64,000 nt of DNA from Marsupella aquatica. Its lineage: Eukaryota > Plantae > Marchantiophyta. The stretch covers positions 1,107,324 to 1,171,323 of the forward strand of contig OZ316891.1 in the NCBI GenBank assembly GCA_973895155.1. Reading direction: 5' to 3'. The notes beneath the pieces are model-generated. The model was not told the origin of the DNA. It saw nothing but the letters and a program-made list of their open reading frames with translations, and searched no databases. Both the position numbers and the translations under genes were made by a program. This document shows, piece after piece, positions 37,859 through 50,536 of this stretch (its first letter is position 1; every line of letters begins with the position of its first letter).

Positions 37859-40325
37859 CTTCCATCTCAAATTTTAGTACAGATTTTAGATTTTTTGTGG
37901 GTGGGTGGGGGGGGGGGGAGGGAGAGGCGGTGGACGTTGAGGAACAAAATAGTAGTATGCGCATACAGTCTTTGATAGTTGGTCAGAGTTCCCAAATTTG
38001 CCACTTGGTAAACAATCTGGGGTCCCATCCAAAATTCGACCCGAGGGAGAATCTTATTTAGTTTGCGTGAAACATTGGACGCCCTACCCAAAACTGTTCT
38101 GGGGAAGTCTCTTTAGTGGAAATCTGTGTCCTAATCCGTAATTTCCTGAAGACGGATCTGTGCCTCGAGACTACTGCTTTAGAGGAGAACCTTTTACAAC
38201 TCCTGAAAGCTGAGTATGATCGGGGACATTTTCAATTAGTTGAACCTTTTGTGATCGTGGGTGCGTATACATTACTCTGCTTAGTTTGATAGGAGGCAAG
38301 GATCATGCTCAGCAATTTTCCGTAACCGACATTAAGCGCTGTGCTTCACATCCTCCATTTCTTATCCATGTATCCAATTCCTCATATCCTTTCCAGAACA
38401 TTTGGTATTGGGTTCCTCTTGAAAAATGGTGGGATGGTATCTAATAAGTACTTTTCAAGTTACCAAGGAATCATTAACGAATACTAACCTAGAGGGAAAT
38501 TTAAATATACATTGGAAACCTTGGCGCTTCACATGACACCAGCCACTATGACAAAAGCCACCAGGTTTAGAGGAGAAGGAACAATTGATCCCCTACAATA
38601 AGTCGAGTAATTGACAGTCAGCAAACAAGAGTAGACTTCCAGTCATACAGGGAAAATCCAAAAAGTGCACTACCGACTCTTGAGCCAAAATTCTAATTGT
38701 CCTCGAACAGACAATGCTTCGACCTCCACCTCCTGTCTGATATCCTTACCTTTGATTTTCACTGATTGAGAGAGTTTGTGCGCCTCTACCAAGACAAAGC
38801 TCATACAAGTCAATATCCTCCATGTAGGCATCTGGCACTTCACAGGAGTCTTGCTGCCCAACCTGCCAGCAGAAAGTACAGATGATGATGGGTGGACACA
38901 ACAAATGAGACTGCAAGTGTCCAGGTCAACAGCTTGTACTTCACACTAGGCCTCACCGCATCAGTCCATCTTTAGTTACCTGATCTCGTAATTTAACTCA
39001 GGGATCCATTTCTTGAATCCTTACACTTCCTTGGCACACCTATTCAAGATGCCCGTGGGTATCCTTAACAATCCTAGCCACACGCATAGTACTCTTCTCG
39101 ATATTAAACACAGCACCGGCTGTACTCCCCACTCATTTAGCTTATCTCAAGTAGGCAGTTATGCACATTAACCTTGCATGTGATGAACTAAGGGCATACT
39201 CATTTTCTTTGACAGCCTCATGGACTCAGCAAACTCAACAAACCCACAAGCCTTACCCCCGCCTGATTCACTGGACCGAGCCTTGTTCACATTACCCTAA
39301 CTGTGCCTTCATGTGGGGATTCTCCTAGTGGGGACACTATCCAATCATCTGCTGTGTTTCACCATTAGGGTGATTTGTCAACCAGACAATCCGTCACGCC
39401 CAGAACCTCTTTCAGTGCCCTGTTAGCACACCTTCGACTGCCAAGTGCTGACAGCTCCCAAACAGTATCATGATCTTCTAAATTTACGGTTCGACACTGT
39501 ATGCCCCTTTAATCAAGATGTTCAGATGCGTCCAGTCCTTTCACTCCTCCCTTGGGCGTATTGTTGATAAGCCAACTACCAACCCGAAAATTGACGGCCA
39601 TCGCTCTAACCTGTTTGACAAATTACCCACATAAATATCTGACTGGACCATTTCTCTTCCCTGGAATAGCCATGTCCAACAGAGAGTAACCCACAGGCAC
39701 AAATGAGACCGAAACTGTGAAGATTCGTGCCATCATTAAGCCCTTTCTGGACATTGTGGTAGACAGCAGCCTTCCCGTTTTCTGACGCTGCCCACCCTTC
39801 ATATAACTTGTGCGCAAGCCTCTTCAAGGCAGTCCACTTAACCAGGTTCTAAATTGGAAGATTCGGACCATTATCCACACGAGAATTACTTTGAGTCTTC
39901 TGCTGCTTGCAGTAGTATACAACTCAATTACCTACAAGCAGAAATCCAAGCATATTTGATTAACAACTGGATCCCCGAGATTGTTCGCTGGCAGAGCACA
40001 TATGCGCACGAACGATGGAGAAGGCATTCGTAACTAACCAAGAGTGATAAGCCAGAGCCCATTATTTGTGAACCTAGGGCGGAAATGCACCTTATTTGCA
40101 TAATCTCTCTTGACCACCCTTTTGAACCAAAGATGAACATCTGCCAAGCGTTCTCCTCGATCCTTCATTGAATTTCCGCGAACCCTAATTTCACGAAATG
40201 GACGAAAAGAACAGCCAGGACGCCCTTCACGATGTAGGGCATAACTAGTTCAAACCCTGGGGAACAGATCTCCTCTTATCACTTCGTAACCTTCTCAGGC
40301 GATGTTGTGGCATAGGCGTAAAGTG

Positions 40326-42566
40326 TTATCCATTTTCCTTGGCAGATCCCTCTTTGCGTATTCGCTCCTCCTCCTCGTTGTGCATGACACTTAACTGATG
40401 CTCCAGCTGGATATTTTTCAGCTTTACCAGCTGTAGCTCATCAACGAGATTAGCAATTCTATGTTGTAGTTCTGTAACGTATTGGTCTCTATCTCTTTCG
40501 GTACCGAAGTCAGAATCAGCGCTCCCTACGCTTGTGCTTCTGGAGAAATTCTTGGACAGACCATGACTTAATCTTTGCGCATTAGAACCGTCCGGTGCGC
40601 CAACACTGGATATGGCATGGATAAGCATATCGTGCTGGACAGTGTTCTGCTGCAAAAGATTCTTTAGTTGGATAAGAACTATCGAGGTGGGAATTAGCTG
40701 AGATGAAACTGATGATTGAGGTAGGGGTTCTGGCAATTCTACATCTTCTGATGTTACTGAGAACCGTCCCTTTTTTTGCACAAGCGGCCCCTTGACCTTC
40801 TCCTCCGTGACGTCCTTGTAGCTTGAAGATCTGGGCACCATGGGAATGCCATTGATGGGATGTGGGTCGGACAGAACTCGTTCACTTCGTTCAGCTAGAG
40901 CTCCTGAAGACGCTGCCAGTGTTCTATCCCGATAGAAAATGTTGCTTCGAAATACGTCGTCAACCACACGGTTAACTTGACGATGATCCCTCTCCCTGTC
41001 AAAATCCTTTTCTTCTTCTCGACTTCTCAACCCAGAAATACTCCTCTCGATTCCAAAATGCAATCGGCGATGGTCTTCACGGTCATGGTCCTTATGCTCC
41101 TTCACATCCCGCTTCTCTCCATTCTCCATTTTATGACTCTCTCGTTCATCTTTTCTAGCCTGACCTTTGCCATCTTCCTTAGACTGGTTTGAAACCCCAG
41201 CACCGTCCCAGGACGTGTCCAATTGCCCTTTGGGCTGCGGACCCGACGGAGCTGTACCAGAACCCTGTTTCTTATCCCTCTGTGCTGCTTCTTGTTGCAA
41301 TGCGTGAGCGGGTTCTCCGACTTCAGGGCGGTCAGTCTCTGGATATGCAGCAGCATTGTCAGTCGCAACAACATTGCGAAACATATCAGCACCGCCCTTT
41401 GGTAGCTCCGGAATGTGCTCATCAATCCTGCATGTTGCGGGAGAGCTGTCATCATCGTGCAGCAAAGCTGCACCAGCTTTAAGGTCTTCGACGTTGAAAT
41501 TCCAAGAGCTCACCCCCCGTTTATATTCACTCTGACTCTTTTCTTCTTGCTCCCCATACGGCATCTTCTTCTGAGCAAGCCGCGCGGCGTCCTTGAGTTT
41601 CAGATTCTTCACCCGCTCACCAAGAGGAGGGAGCCCATCCAACACATGCTTGGCAATGTAGTCATTCGATCGCGCATTCTTGAAGAACGAATGCTTCAAT
41701 AGCTTCTCAGCAGACGGCCTCTTCACAGGATCCTTCACCAAGCACATGGCAATCATTTCCTTAAATGATTTCGAGAACCGCTTATCCCTTTCATAATCCA
41801 GACCGGGGGGAGCATTTTGCAGTGTCATCAGCAGAACCTTCATCGGAGGGTACTTCGAAAATGGAGCATGACCGTGTGCCAGCTCCAACGCCGTTATCCC
41901 AAACGACCAGATGTCAGCCTTGAAATCATACCCATGAACCTGCTCCATTACCTCTGGAGCCATCCAGCATGGCGTCCCCACAAAAGTGTTCCGTGACCGC
42001 TGCCTATCACCAGTATCGAACATACATGCTGACACACCAAAGTCCCCCAGCTTAACCCCTCCCTGGCCATCCATCAGGATATTCCCAGCCTTAACATCCC
42101 TGTGGATATGACCATGCTTGTGAAGGTAATCCAGAGCTTTCAGCGTCTCCTTCAACACAGTGGCGATGACGGGCTCGTCAAAACCATCCGGGTAAGCAAC
42201 TTTCATGACATGGAGGCAAGACCCACCAGCCAAATAAGGCATGACAACCCATAGACTATGATCTACCACAAACGAACAGTACGCTCTGACCACGTTGGGA
42301 TGGAGAATGAGCTGCACAGTCTGAGCCTCTCGCCGTATCTCATCCAAATTGCTGCTGCACTTCTCGAGATCCAGGTTCTTGATCGCCACCACCTCGTTCA
42401 ACGGGATGCAGATGGCTCGGTACACCGTCGCGCTCACTCCCTGCCCGATCTCTTCCAGCAATTTGTAATCCACTGCAGCCAGCGGAAATATCTTCTTATC
42501 CTTCTCCTCCCCCTTCCCCTCCATCATGGACGGGGATTTCGTTATTTTATCCATCCCCCCAGTCAT
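40326..42566 (-). CDS. STE20-family OSR1/SPAK/Fray-like MAP4K serine/threonine kinase (plant MAP4K/BLUS1-related group), single coding exon, 746 aa
   Basis: Uninterrupted ORF with first ATG at 42566 (the track's 42614 start is TTG). Motifs: GQGVSATV, VAIK, HRDVKAGN, DFG and STE20 signature GTPCWMAPE, then YKRGVSSWNF, KKGRFSV and a C-terminal coiled coil. Confidence 0.95.
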   Translation of the reverse strand: MTGGMDKITKSPSMMEGKGEEKDKKIFPLAAVDYKLLEEIGQGVSATVYRAICIPLNEVVAIKNLDLEKCSSNLDEIRREAQTVQLILHPNVVRAYCSFVVDHSLWVVMPYLAGGSCLHVMKVAYPDGFDEPVIATVLKETLKALDYLHKHGHIHRDVKAGNILMDGQGGVKLGDFGVSACMFDTGDRQRSRNTFVGTPCWMAPEVMEQVHGYDFKADIWSFGITALELAHGHAPFSKYPPMKVLLMTLQNAPPGLDYERDKRFSKSFKEMIAMCLVKDPVKRPSAEKLLKHSFFKNARSNDYIAKHVLDGLPPLGERVKNLKLKDAARLAQKKMPYGEQEEKSQSEYKRGVSSWNFNVEDLKAGAALLHDDDSSPATCRIDEHIPELPKGGADMFRNVVATDNAAAYPETDRPEVGEPAHALQQEAAQRDKKQGSGTAPSGPQPKGQLDTSWDGAGVSNQSKEDGKGQARKDERESHKMENGEKRDVKEHKDHDREDHRRLHFGIERSISGLRSREEEKDFDRERDHRQVNRVVDDVFRSNIFYRDRTLAASSGALAERSERVLSDPHPINGIPMVPRSSSYKDVTEEKVKGPLVQKKGRFSVTSEDVELPEPLPQSSVSSQLIPTSIVLIQLKNLLQQNTVQHDMLIHAISSVGAPDGSNAQRLSHGLSKNFSRSTSVGSADSDFGTERDRDQYVTELQHRIANLVDELQLVKLKNIQLEHQLSVMHNEEEERIRKEGSAKENG

Positions 42567-43981
42567 CGTATCAGCCTCGACAACAACCGCGACCAATATT
42601 CCGAGCCACAGCAAAATAATCTCACCAACGAAACATCTACCCCCTGATCTGAACCTAAAACCTAAAATCGTGTTCCATAGCCGACCTGTATTCGCCCCCT
42701 CTACAGCTACAGCTCAAAATCATCGCTGCGTCTCAAACCCTCACGAATCGACCCCCCTCGACATATCCCTGCCCTCACACTCCATCCCAATCGAATCCAA
42801 TCCAATCGAATCGAAACCAATCCTCAACCTCCGACCGACCGACGCATCACAACCCGATCGGCGCCCACACAAAATCACAGAGGTACCGAAATGAACTCCA
42901 CGTCGGTGTTGGGCTCCTTTGCCCAAGTCCGTCTCCCGCGTTGGCTGTGATCCGCCTCCATGGGCAAACTATGGCTCGATCGATGGACCACTTCGGCGGC
43001 ATTCAGACGAGCTCATCCAGAAGTGCCGCAAGGCCGGATCCGTCTCACAATCTCACCCTTCATCGGCGGCATTCAAGCATTTGTTCGTTCATCCACTCTC
43101 TTGCAGACGAGCGAGTGACCTCAACACGACTGACGACGACGACGACGACGAGGAGGAAGATAAGGGGGGCAAGGGAGAAGAAAGCCGGAGAAAACTCGAC
43201 CTCTCTGCCCCATGGAACCTTTATACCCACCGTGGGACAACAGAGTCAGGGGACCTGTCTGGCTGGTTTCCGCACCGTAGAGACCGGCCACGTCGTGTTT
43301 TCGGCGAGAAGATTCAGAACATCCCCTCAATGCCACGGGGCCCACCGATAGCCCTTTTCCCGGCCACTTTTGGAGCCCCAATCGTGAAGGCCCTCGCTAT
43401 TTTTAAATTTTAGGTTTTCCTGTTTTTACTCTTTTTCGCCAAGGTGGCCAGTCAACTTGTGTCAACTTGTGTGTGTGTGGGGGGGGGGGGGGAGGGAATA
43501 GACGATGCTTAAGAACATTCTTTATTAATTTAATTGGATGGTTTTAGATGTCTCGACTCAGTATTGGCTAGATTTTGGCGAATGAGGTTTGGGGTTAGAT
43601 GGAAAACTGGCTAATGGGGTTTGGGGTTAGGTGGGCAAGTGGCTAATGGAAGACAAAAGAAAGATGAATTTTTGTCAAAAATGGCAAAGACTTTTCAGTG
43701 AGATGGGTTCTAGTTTATTTGTGTTGCTAAAAATGTGTTGGTGAAGCCACTTGCTCACATACTCCTCATAATGACGACAAAAAGTCTTGCAATGTTGAAC
43801 AATTAAATACAGTTTGCCATCCATAATGTATTCCATAGATTTACTCCCTTCTAAAAGTTGCTAGATGGGAAAGGAGGCGTGATGCAGAAGTTGACTTTTT
43901 CTGTGGTGTACAATACATTGAGAAATTCACACACCTTCTAATTAGTCACAACAGATCTCAGGTTGGGCACAAACTGCTTTC

Positions 43982-44326
43982 TGTTGAGCATAGACGATGA
44001 TCGCAATGGCAAGCCCATGAACCATCCAACGCACAATAGTCGACACAGATAAATACGTGGTTCACCTCCACATGAGGCTACGTCCACGGGAACACACAAG
44101 AGCTTTACTGCACTCTAGGCCGACCGGCCATACCAAGCATCCACAGCACAAGCTCTCCCTATCTCTCAACTGGCTCCGTAACAATGAGTCTGAGTTCCAC
44201 CTCTCCAAGCAAACACTGCTTGGTTATAGAGTGTGCACAGCATGACTAACCTAACCAAGTCTGCGACTAAGGTTAGTCTTAACTACGGTACATTCGTAAC
44301 TCTAAACCTAAGAGTAAATTCTAACA
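43982..44326 (-). repeat. Copia 3' LTR
   Basis: Direct repeat of 50192-50536 with 14 substitutions, adjacent to the PPT. Confidence 0.97.
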
Positions 44327-44519
44327 ATCTCCCCCTTGACTCTGGTCTAGGGGAGGGTAAAGACTACTACCAATATGACTGCTCAGCGGGAAGTTCTGGA
44401 AAGAAAAACCAAACCGGTTTTTCCCTCTTTATACGAGAGTAGACCAAAACTAAGCCGTAGCCTATACAAGGAATGAGCAAGAGCATATTTCAGTACTACA
44501 CAAATATTAAGTAACCCTA

Positions 44520-47500
44520 CTTGTGAGGCAATTGCAAAACCTGCAACGCATCATGGTGTCTAGAAAAACTCTCCAAAGGAATCACTTTAGAGTTTACCGT
44601 CAATCTTGACTAGCTCAAACATATTATCAGACACAGCCTGCCTGATAAAATGGTACCTAACGTCGATGTGCTTCACTCTGCTGTCCATCACCTGGTTCAC
44701 AGCAAGGTGGAGTGCACTCTGACTATCACAATGGAGCTTCACATTCCCCTATGGCAATCTCATCTCAGTGATAAGTCTATCCAACCAAATCGCTTCCTTT
44801 GCTGCTTCCGCTGCTGCAACATACTCCGCTTCTGTAGTAGACTGAGCAATACACTTTTGCAAAGTAGACCTCCAACTTATGCATCCACCTCCAAGTGTGA
44901 ACACATAACCTGTTGTTGACCTCTTCCGATCCAGATCCTGTGCATAGTCAGCATCTACATAGCCCATCAATGATCTAGCATTATCAGCATGTGCATCAAA
45001 CAGTAGACCATGATCCACGGTACCCTTTAAATACCGAATAATCCACTTCACTGCTTCCCAGTGTACCTTCCCTGGATTCGACATGTACCTGCTCACCTTG
45101 CCCATAGCCATGGCAAGATCAGGTCTAGTGCAAGTCATCAAATACATGAGACTCCCCATTGCCTTGTCATACGGAACCTTTGACATCAACCCCTTCTCTG
45201 TGTCATCCGTAGGACAGAACGCTGATGATAACTTGAAGTGTGGAGTCAACGGGGTTCTTACTGGCTTGCTATTCCCTATGTTGAACCTTGCAATTACCTT
45301 CCTCGCATAACTGCTCTGCGTCAACCATAGCTTGCCAGCCTCCAAGTCCCTAGTGATCTCCATACCCAAAATCCTCTTAGCTGGCCCTAAGTCCTTCATC
45401 TTAAACTCTGCACTAAGCAGTGCCTTGAGCTTAACAATCTCAGACCTATCCTTCGCTGCAATTAGCATGTCATCCACATAAAGTACTAAAACAATGAACC
45501 CAAAGACAACATTCTTCATCGGTTTAAGATACACACATGGGTCAAACACACTCCTGTGAAAGCCTTGTGCACGAATCCAATCATCAACCCGCTTATTCCA
45601 CTGTCTTCGTGACTGCTTCAACCCGTACAAGGATCTCAGCAATCTGCAAACCAAATCCTCTTGCCCTTTCTTCACAAAACCTAGCGGCTGTCTTATGAAG
45701 ATCACTTCTTCCAAGGTGCCATAGAGGAAAACTGTGACAACATCCATCTGATCTAGCAGCAGACCAAACATAACAACAAGCACACACAATAGCCGTATTG
45801 TTGAGTACTTAGCAACTGGTGAGAAGACCTCATTGTAATCCATACCTTTTTTCTATGTGAATCCCTTGGCTACCAACCTAGCCTTGTAGACCTTCGATCC
45901 ACCTCCTGTGGACTGATCCTTCAGCTTGTATATCCACTTGTTGTCCACCACTTGCTGTCCCTTAGGCAGCTTGACAAGCTCCCAAGTTTTGTTGTCCTTC
46001 AGTGACTGCATCTCCGTTTGCATTGCTGCAGTCCACTCCTACTTCTCCTTTGAAGCACTTGCTTCATGAAATGAAGAAGGTTCACCTTCTTTCAAAATCA
46101 ATGCATCACCCTCATTGTCAGTAACAAAATCCTCTTCTTGCAACTGAGATGAATCAACCCACTGTCCATACCTTGGTGGAGCGCGTACAGTGCAACCAGA
46201 TGCTCTTCTAGCCGATGACTCCGGTTGATCTACGTGTGCTGGTACAATTTGAAGCTCAGCAGCATCCACTTGCTGCTCACCAGCATCAACAAACTCCTCT
46301 GGTTCCTCTGGCACAGGAACCACCTCCATAATTGGAGTAACTCCTTCTCTCCGGTCATGCACCTCATAACCAATCCCCCCCTCAACGAGATCCGGGATAA
46401 GAGATTTTCCTTTGTCAGTACGGGAGACCTGAGTATTCTCCCCCTCCTTCAATAATCTAGATTCATTGAAGGAAACATCCCTACTGACAACGAGCTTACA
46501 GGCAAAAGGATCCCATAGCCTATAGGCTTTCACACCACTCTGGTACCCAAGAAAAATACATTTCTAGGAGGTAGGATCCAACTTGGTCCTATTCTGTTTC
46601 GGTGTGAGAGCATATGCATCACTTCCAAAAACTACCAAGCCATGATAGTCTGCTTGCCGCTTATAGCGCATCTCAAACGACATTTTGAAATTGATAGCAC
46701 TAGAGGGAGAAAGATTTACCAAATAAGCTACGGTATTGACAACTTCTGCCCAAAATTCTTGTGGTAAACCTGATTGGCTCAACATACTCCGTGACCGCTC
46801 CAACAGTGTCCGATTGAGCCTCTTAGCGACATCATTCTGCTACGGAGTATAAATTGTGGTGAGATGACGAGTTATCCCCTGTTCTGAACAGTACTCTTCA
46901 AATTCCATTGAAGTGTACTCCTCGCCGTTGTCTGACCTCAGACTCTTCACCCTTGTATCCAAACACTTGACCGTGTTTCCAGTCTGATTCTCCACCTGGG
47001 CCTTCCACTTCTTAAAAATGGACAAGACATCAGACTTATGCGTCATGAAATAAATCCACACAAATCTTGACTAATCATCAATAAATGATACATAGTACAA
47101 CTTTCCAGAGTGTGAGGGAGTCGGGGATGGACCCCACACGTCACTATGTATGTACTCAAGAACCGTTTTGGAACGATGTTCCAACACCAAAAGCATGACG
47201 ATGCTGCTTTCCAAGAATGCAATGCTCACAGAACTCTAATTTACAAGATTGCAAATCAGAAATGAGTCAATTCTTCCGTAAGATAGCCAAACCCTTCTCA
47301 CTCATGTGGCCTAGCCGTGAATGCCACAGTTGAGTCATCTCCTCGTGAAACTTGGTTACATTGGCCTCTCCACATACAATATTGCCTTGTAACACATACA
47401 AATTCTTGTCTGTTCCTCTTCAAAATCACTGTCTCTCCCAACCTGACTTGAAGTTCACCATCAATAACGCTCCATTGATGACCATTTGAATCCAACACAC

Positions 47501-48806
47501 CGAGTGAAATCAGATTCTTACGCATGCCAGGTACATACCTGACTCCGGACATTGTGCGCACAGCGCCATCAAACATTTGAATCTTCACAGACCCAATTTC
47601 CTCAATTTGACAGGAGTGATCATTTCCCATCAGAACTGAACCATTTGAAACAAAGTAAGAACTGAAAAACTCACGAATGTAACAAATATGAAAAGAGCAA
47701 GCACAATCAAGAATCCACACATCATCTGCTCTTCTAGATGACGTGCACAGGGCATACCCCCAGCTTCATAAAACATACTCATCATTGAGTAAATCAGCTT
47801 CTCCATCAGCCCTAGCCACATTTGCCGATGAAGTTTCCGCTGCCTTTCCCTTACAGTCTCGCTTGAAGTGTCCAACTTGGTTGCACTTCCAACATGTCAC
47901 CTGCCTCCTCTGAGGGGATTTACCCCTAGACTTAGATCTGGATTTAGATCTAAATTGGGTTCTACGGTCCCCACTTGGTCGCTGCATACTCCTTCCACGG
48001 TTAACATTGAGGGCAGCACCAGATGATGAAGGCTGTGACGTGATGTGCATCTTCTGCTGAAGATCATCACTAAGCAGAGAACTTACCACGTCATTGTATG
48101 AAATGGTATCCCTATCACGATGCAACAACACTCGTGATAGGGACTAGTAAGATGGAGGCAATGAACTAAGAAGCTACAGAGCCTTCGTCTCATCATTCAA
48201 AGTCTCCCCAAGGTTTTCCAAGTCAACGACCATGTCATTGAAAGCATCCACATGGTCTTGCAACTTCGTACCGGATTCCTTCATCCTAAAACTCATCAGT
48301 TTGTAAGAAGTGTAGAGCCGGTTCGACAACTCCTTGCGGTGATACTTGCTCTGCAATTCCGCAAACAAGGACATGCAATCCTTATGTGCACCCAACTGCT
48401 TGATGATAGGAGGCATGAGATAGAGTGTAACACACCACACTCCCTGCTCTTGCATGCGGTCCCATTGTTTCTCATCAATATCGTCTTCACGAGGGCTCAA
48501 CAGTTGACCCATCCCTGACGCATAGAGCACTCCCTTCACCTGCTTCTCCCATAGCAAGTAGTCAGAGCGCCCATCATACTTTGTCACTTCATACTTGGGT
48601 CCCCCAAGCTTGAAAGTCCCCATCTTCTTCTTTGGCACTACCGTGAGCTCCGGTAGTAGTATTGCTTCCTCCACCACACGCCGCACCGGTGATGGTATCG
48701 GTGTCACGTGCTCTTCCTCCTGCTCCTCTCTCTGCCCCTCAAACCGCCGCGGTGATCCTCGTGCTTCAAGTTCCACGTCTTCGAAAAACTCCTCCGAATC
48801 ACTCAT
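44520..48806 (-). pseudogene. Copia gag-pol polyprotein broken by stops and frameshifts
   Basis: Gag (KYDGRSDYLLWEKQVKGVL), zinc knuckle CWKCNQVGHFKRDC, protease WILDCACSFH, integrase (YIHSDVWGP, LRSDNGEEY), RT (DYNEVFSPVAK, LYGLKQS, YVDDML) and RNase H (DADYAQDLD, STTEAEY, KHIDVRYHF). Confidence 0.95.
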
Positions 48807-50191
48807 ATGAGAAAATCACAAAAAATGTCATTTTTCACAACTTCTCAAAAAACTCGAAACTGAACACCGCTGCGTAGCCCACGAAGCTAGGAGTCCAATA
48901 CTGAAAATCAAAATAAAAATTGAAATTTGACAAAAAAGTTATTCAAATTTCGGTCGAGGTGGGTAAAACCTTGGGAAACTCCCCCGTTTTGACCACCTCA
49001 GGGAATAATCGAAATACCAAGTACAACCCGTCATCGGAATTGCAATGTGATCGGTGTGCCGCGTTGCCAACTTCAATGGCTACGACCTCACCGAAAAAGA
49101 ACCAAAAAAGTTACCGTTCGGCGGATGAAATCTTTGTTGGACGGTCAAAAATAGCTCTCTGGTTTTTTGGAATATTCTATGACCCTCGTACAGGCCCTGT
49201 GGGAATTTTGGAAGAACAATCCGTGTCCTCGAACCCCCAAAATCCCCTACCACCCTTCGTCGTCGAAATCTGGTCGCGCGCGCAGAAAATACACACGGCA
49301 GAATGTACCCATCGACACCAAACGTAAGATATCTCACTTGGGTTTTGACGAAATCAAGATCTGATTTCAGATTTGGAAACTAGACTCCGAGGCGGTGAAG
49401 ATCGATATAAGAAGCACCCAAAACGAGAAAAGAACGAGGGAGAAAAAAATTGGTAAAGATGACAGATTTCTCTCAATTGCCATAGCCAATTTCAAATCAG
49501 TTTTTCAAAGAGAAAAAATGGTACCTTGTCAACAACGAATGCTGATGAATTGCACTTGGTGCCGTCACCAAGTCCAACAAGGTAATTGATTTTGCTTAGC
49601 CTTCCTCTTCGCATCAAAAAGCCAATCCCGGACTCATAACAATCGTCTTGTCTCAATCTCTCCGTTGAGTCAAAACACTTGACGCTTCTCCCTCCGAGTC
49701 GATTGCCACGACAAGAAACCCCAATCAGGCAAAAGAGGACTCCATAGCCGGTCAGAAAATCAGAATGCTTCTTTTGCTCGTCCCGTCGCACACGGTACAC
49801 ACTTGGTAACAAATCAGCTACCAAAACAAATAGCTCATCCCGATCTACAAGCAGAGCTACAGCATGCGATGCCTCCTTCGCCGTAAAGCTCAAACCGTCG
49901 AGAAAACAAACTCTGGTCCCTCCTCCGAAAAACTGTCGAACATGAATGTTGCCAACTTTCTTCATAAAATCCAGAACGACAAAAACTTAGATCTCTCTGC
50001 ACCACAAGCTCCGTTCAGCGATTTCTTCACACCGTTAGAAAGCTCTTGCCCCGATCTATCCGTTGAGCCCATAAACTCCAAGTTCCATGCGACGGAACTC
50101 TAGGAAATCCACCGACACTCAACACTGGAAAAACCGTCACGAAATCTTGTCACGAACACACGTCACCTCCCAGGCATGCTCTGATACCAAT

Positions 50192-50536
50192 TGTTGAGCA
50201 TAGACAACGATCGCAACGGCAAGCCCATGAACCATCCAACGCACAATAGTCGACATAGATAGATACGTGGTTCACCTCCACATGAGGCTACGTCCACGGG
50301 AACACACAAGAGCTTTACTGCACTCTAGGTCGACCGGCCATACCAAGCATCCATAGCACAAGCTCTCTCTATCTCTCAACTGGCTCCGTAACAATGAGCC
50401 TGAGTTCCACCTCTCCAAGCAAGCACCGCTTGGTTATAGAGTGTGCACAGCATGACTAACCTAACCAAGTCTGCGACTAAGGTTAGTCTTAACTATGGTA
50501 CATTCGTAACTCTAGACCTAAGAGTAAATCCTAACA
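50192..50536 (-). repeat. Copia 5' LTR
   Basis: Followed on the minus strand by AT and then the Met-tRNA PBS. Confidence 0.97.

Larger units (their letters stand above)
43982..50536 (-). mobile_element. Full-length decayed Ty1/copia LTR retrotransposon
   Basis: 345-bp TG...CA LTRs at 43982-44326 and 50192-50536 with TSD CTTTC on both sides. PBS TGGTATCAGAGC (tRNA-iMet) at 50178-50189 and PPT AAGGGGGAGAT at 44327-44337. Domain order is gag-PR-INT-RT-RH. Confidence 0.98.

Noticed and set aside
42567-42614. Signal-peptide-like N-terminus MLWLGILVAVVV on the kinase
   Set aside because: Artefact of a TTG start in the ORF track; the first ATG is at 42566.
42526-43413. 122-164-aa plus-strand ORFs upstream of the kinase
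   Set aside because: Antisense to the GC-rich leader, low complexity, no family motifs.
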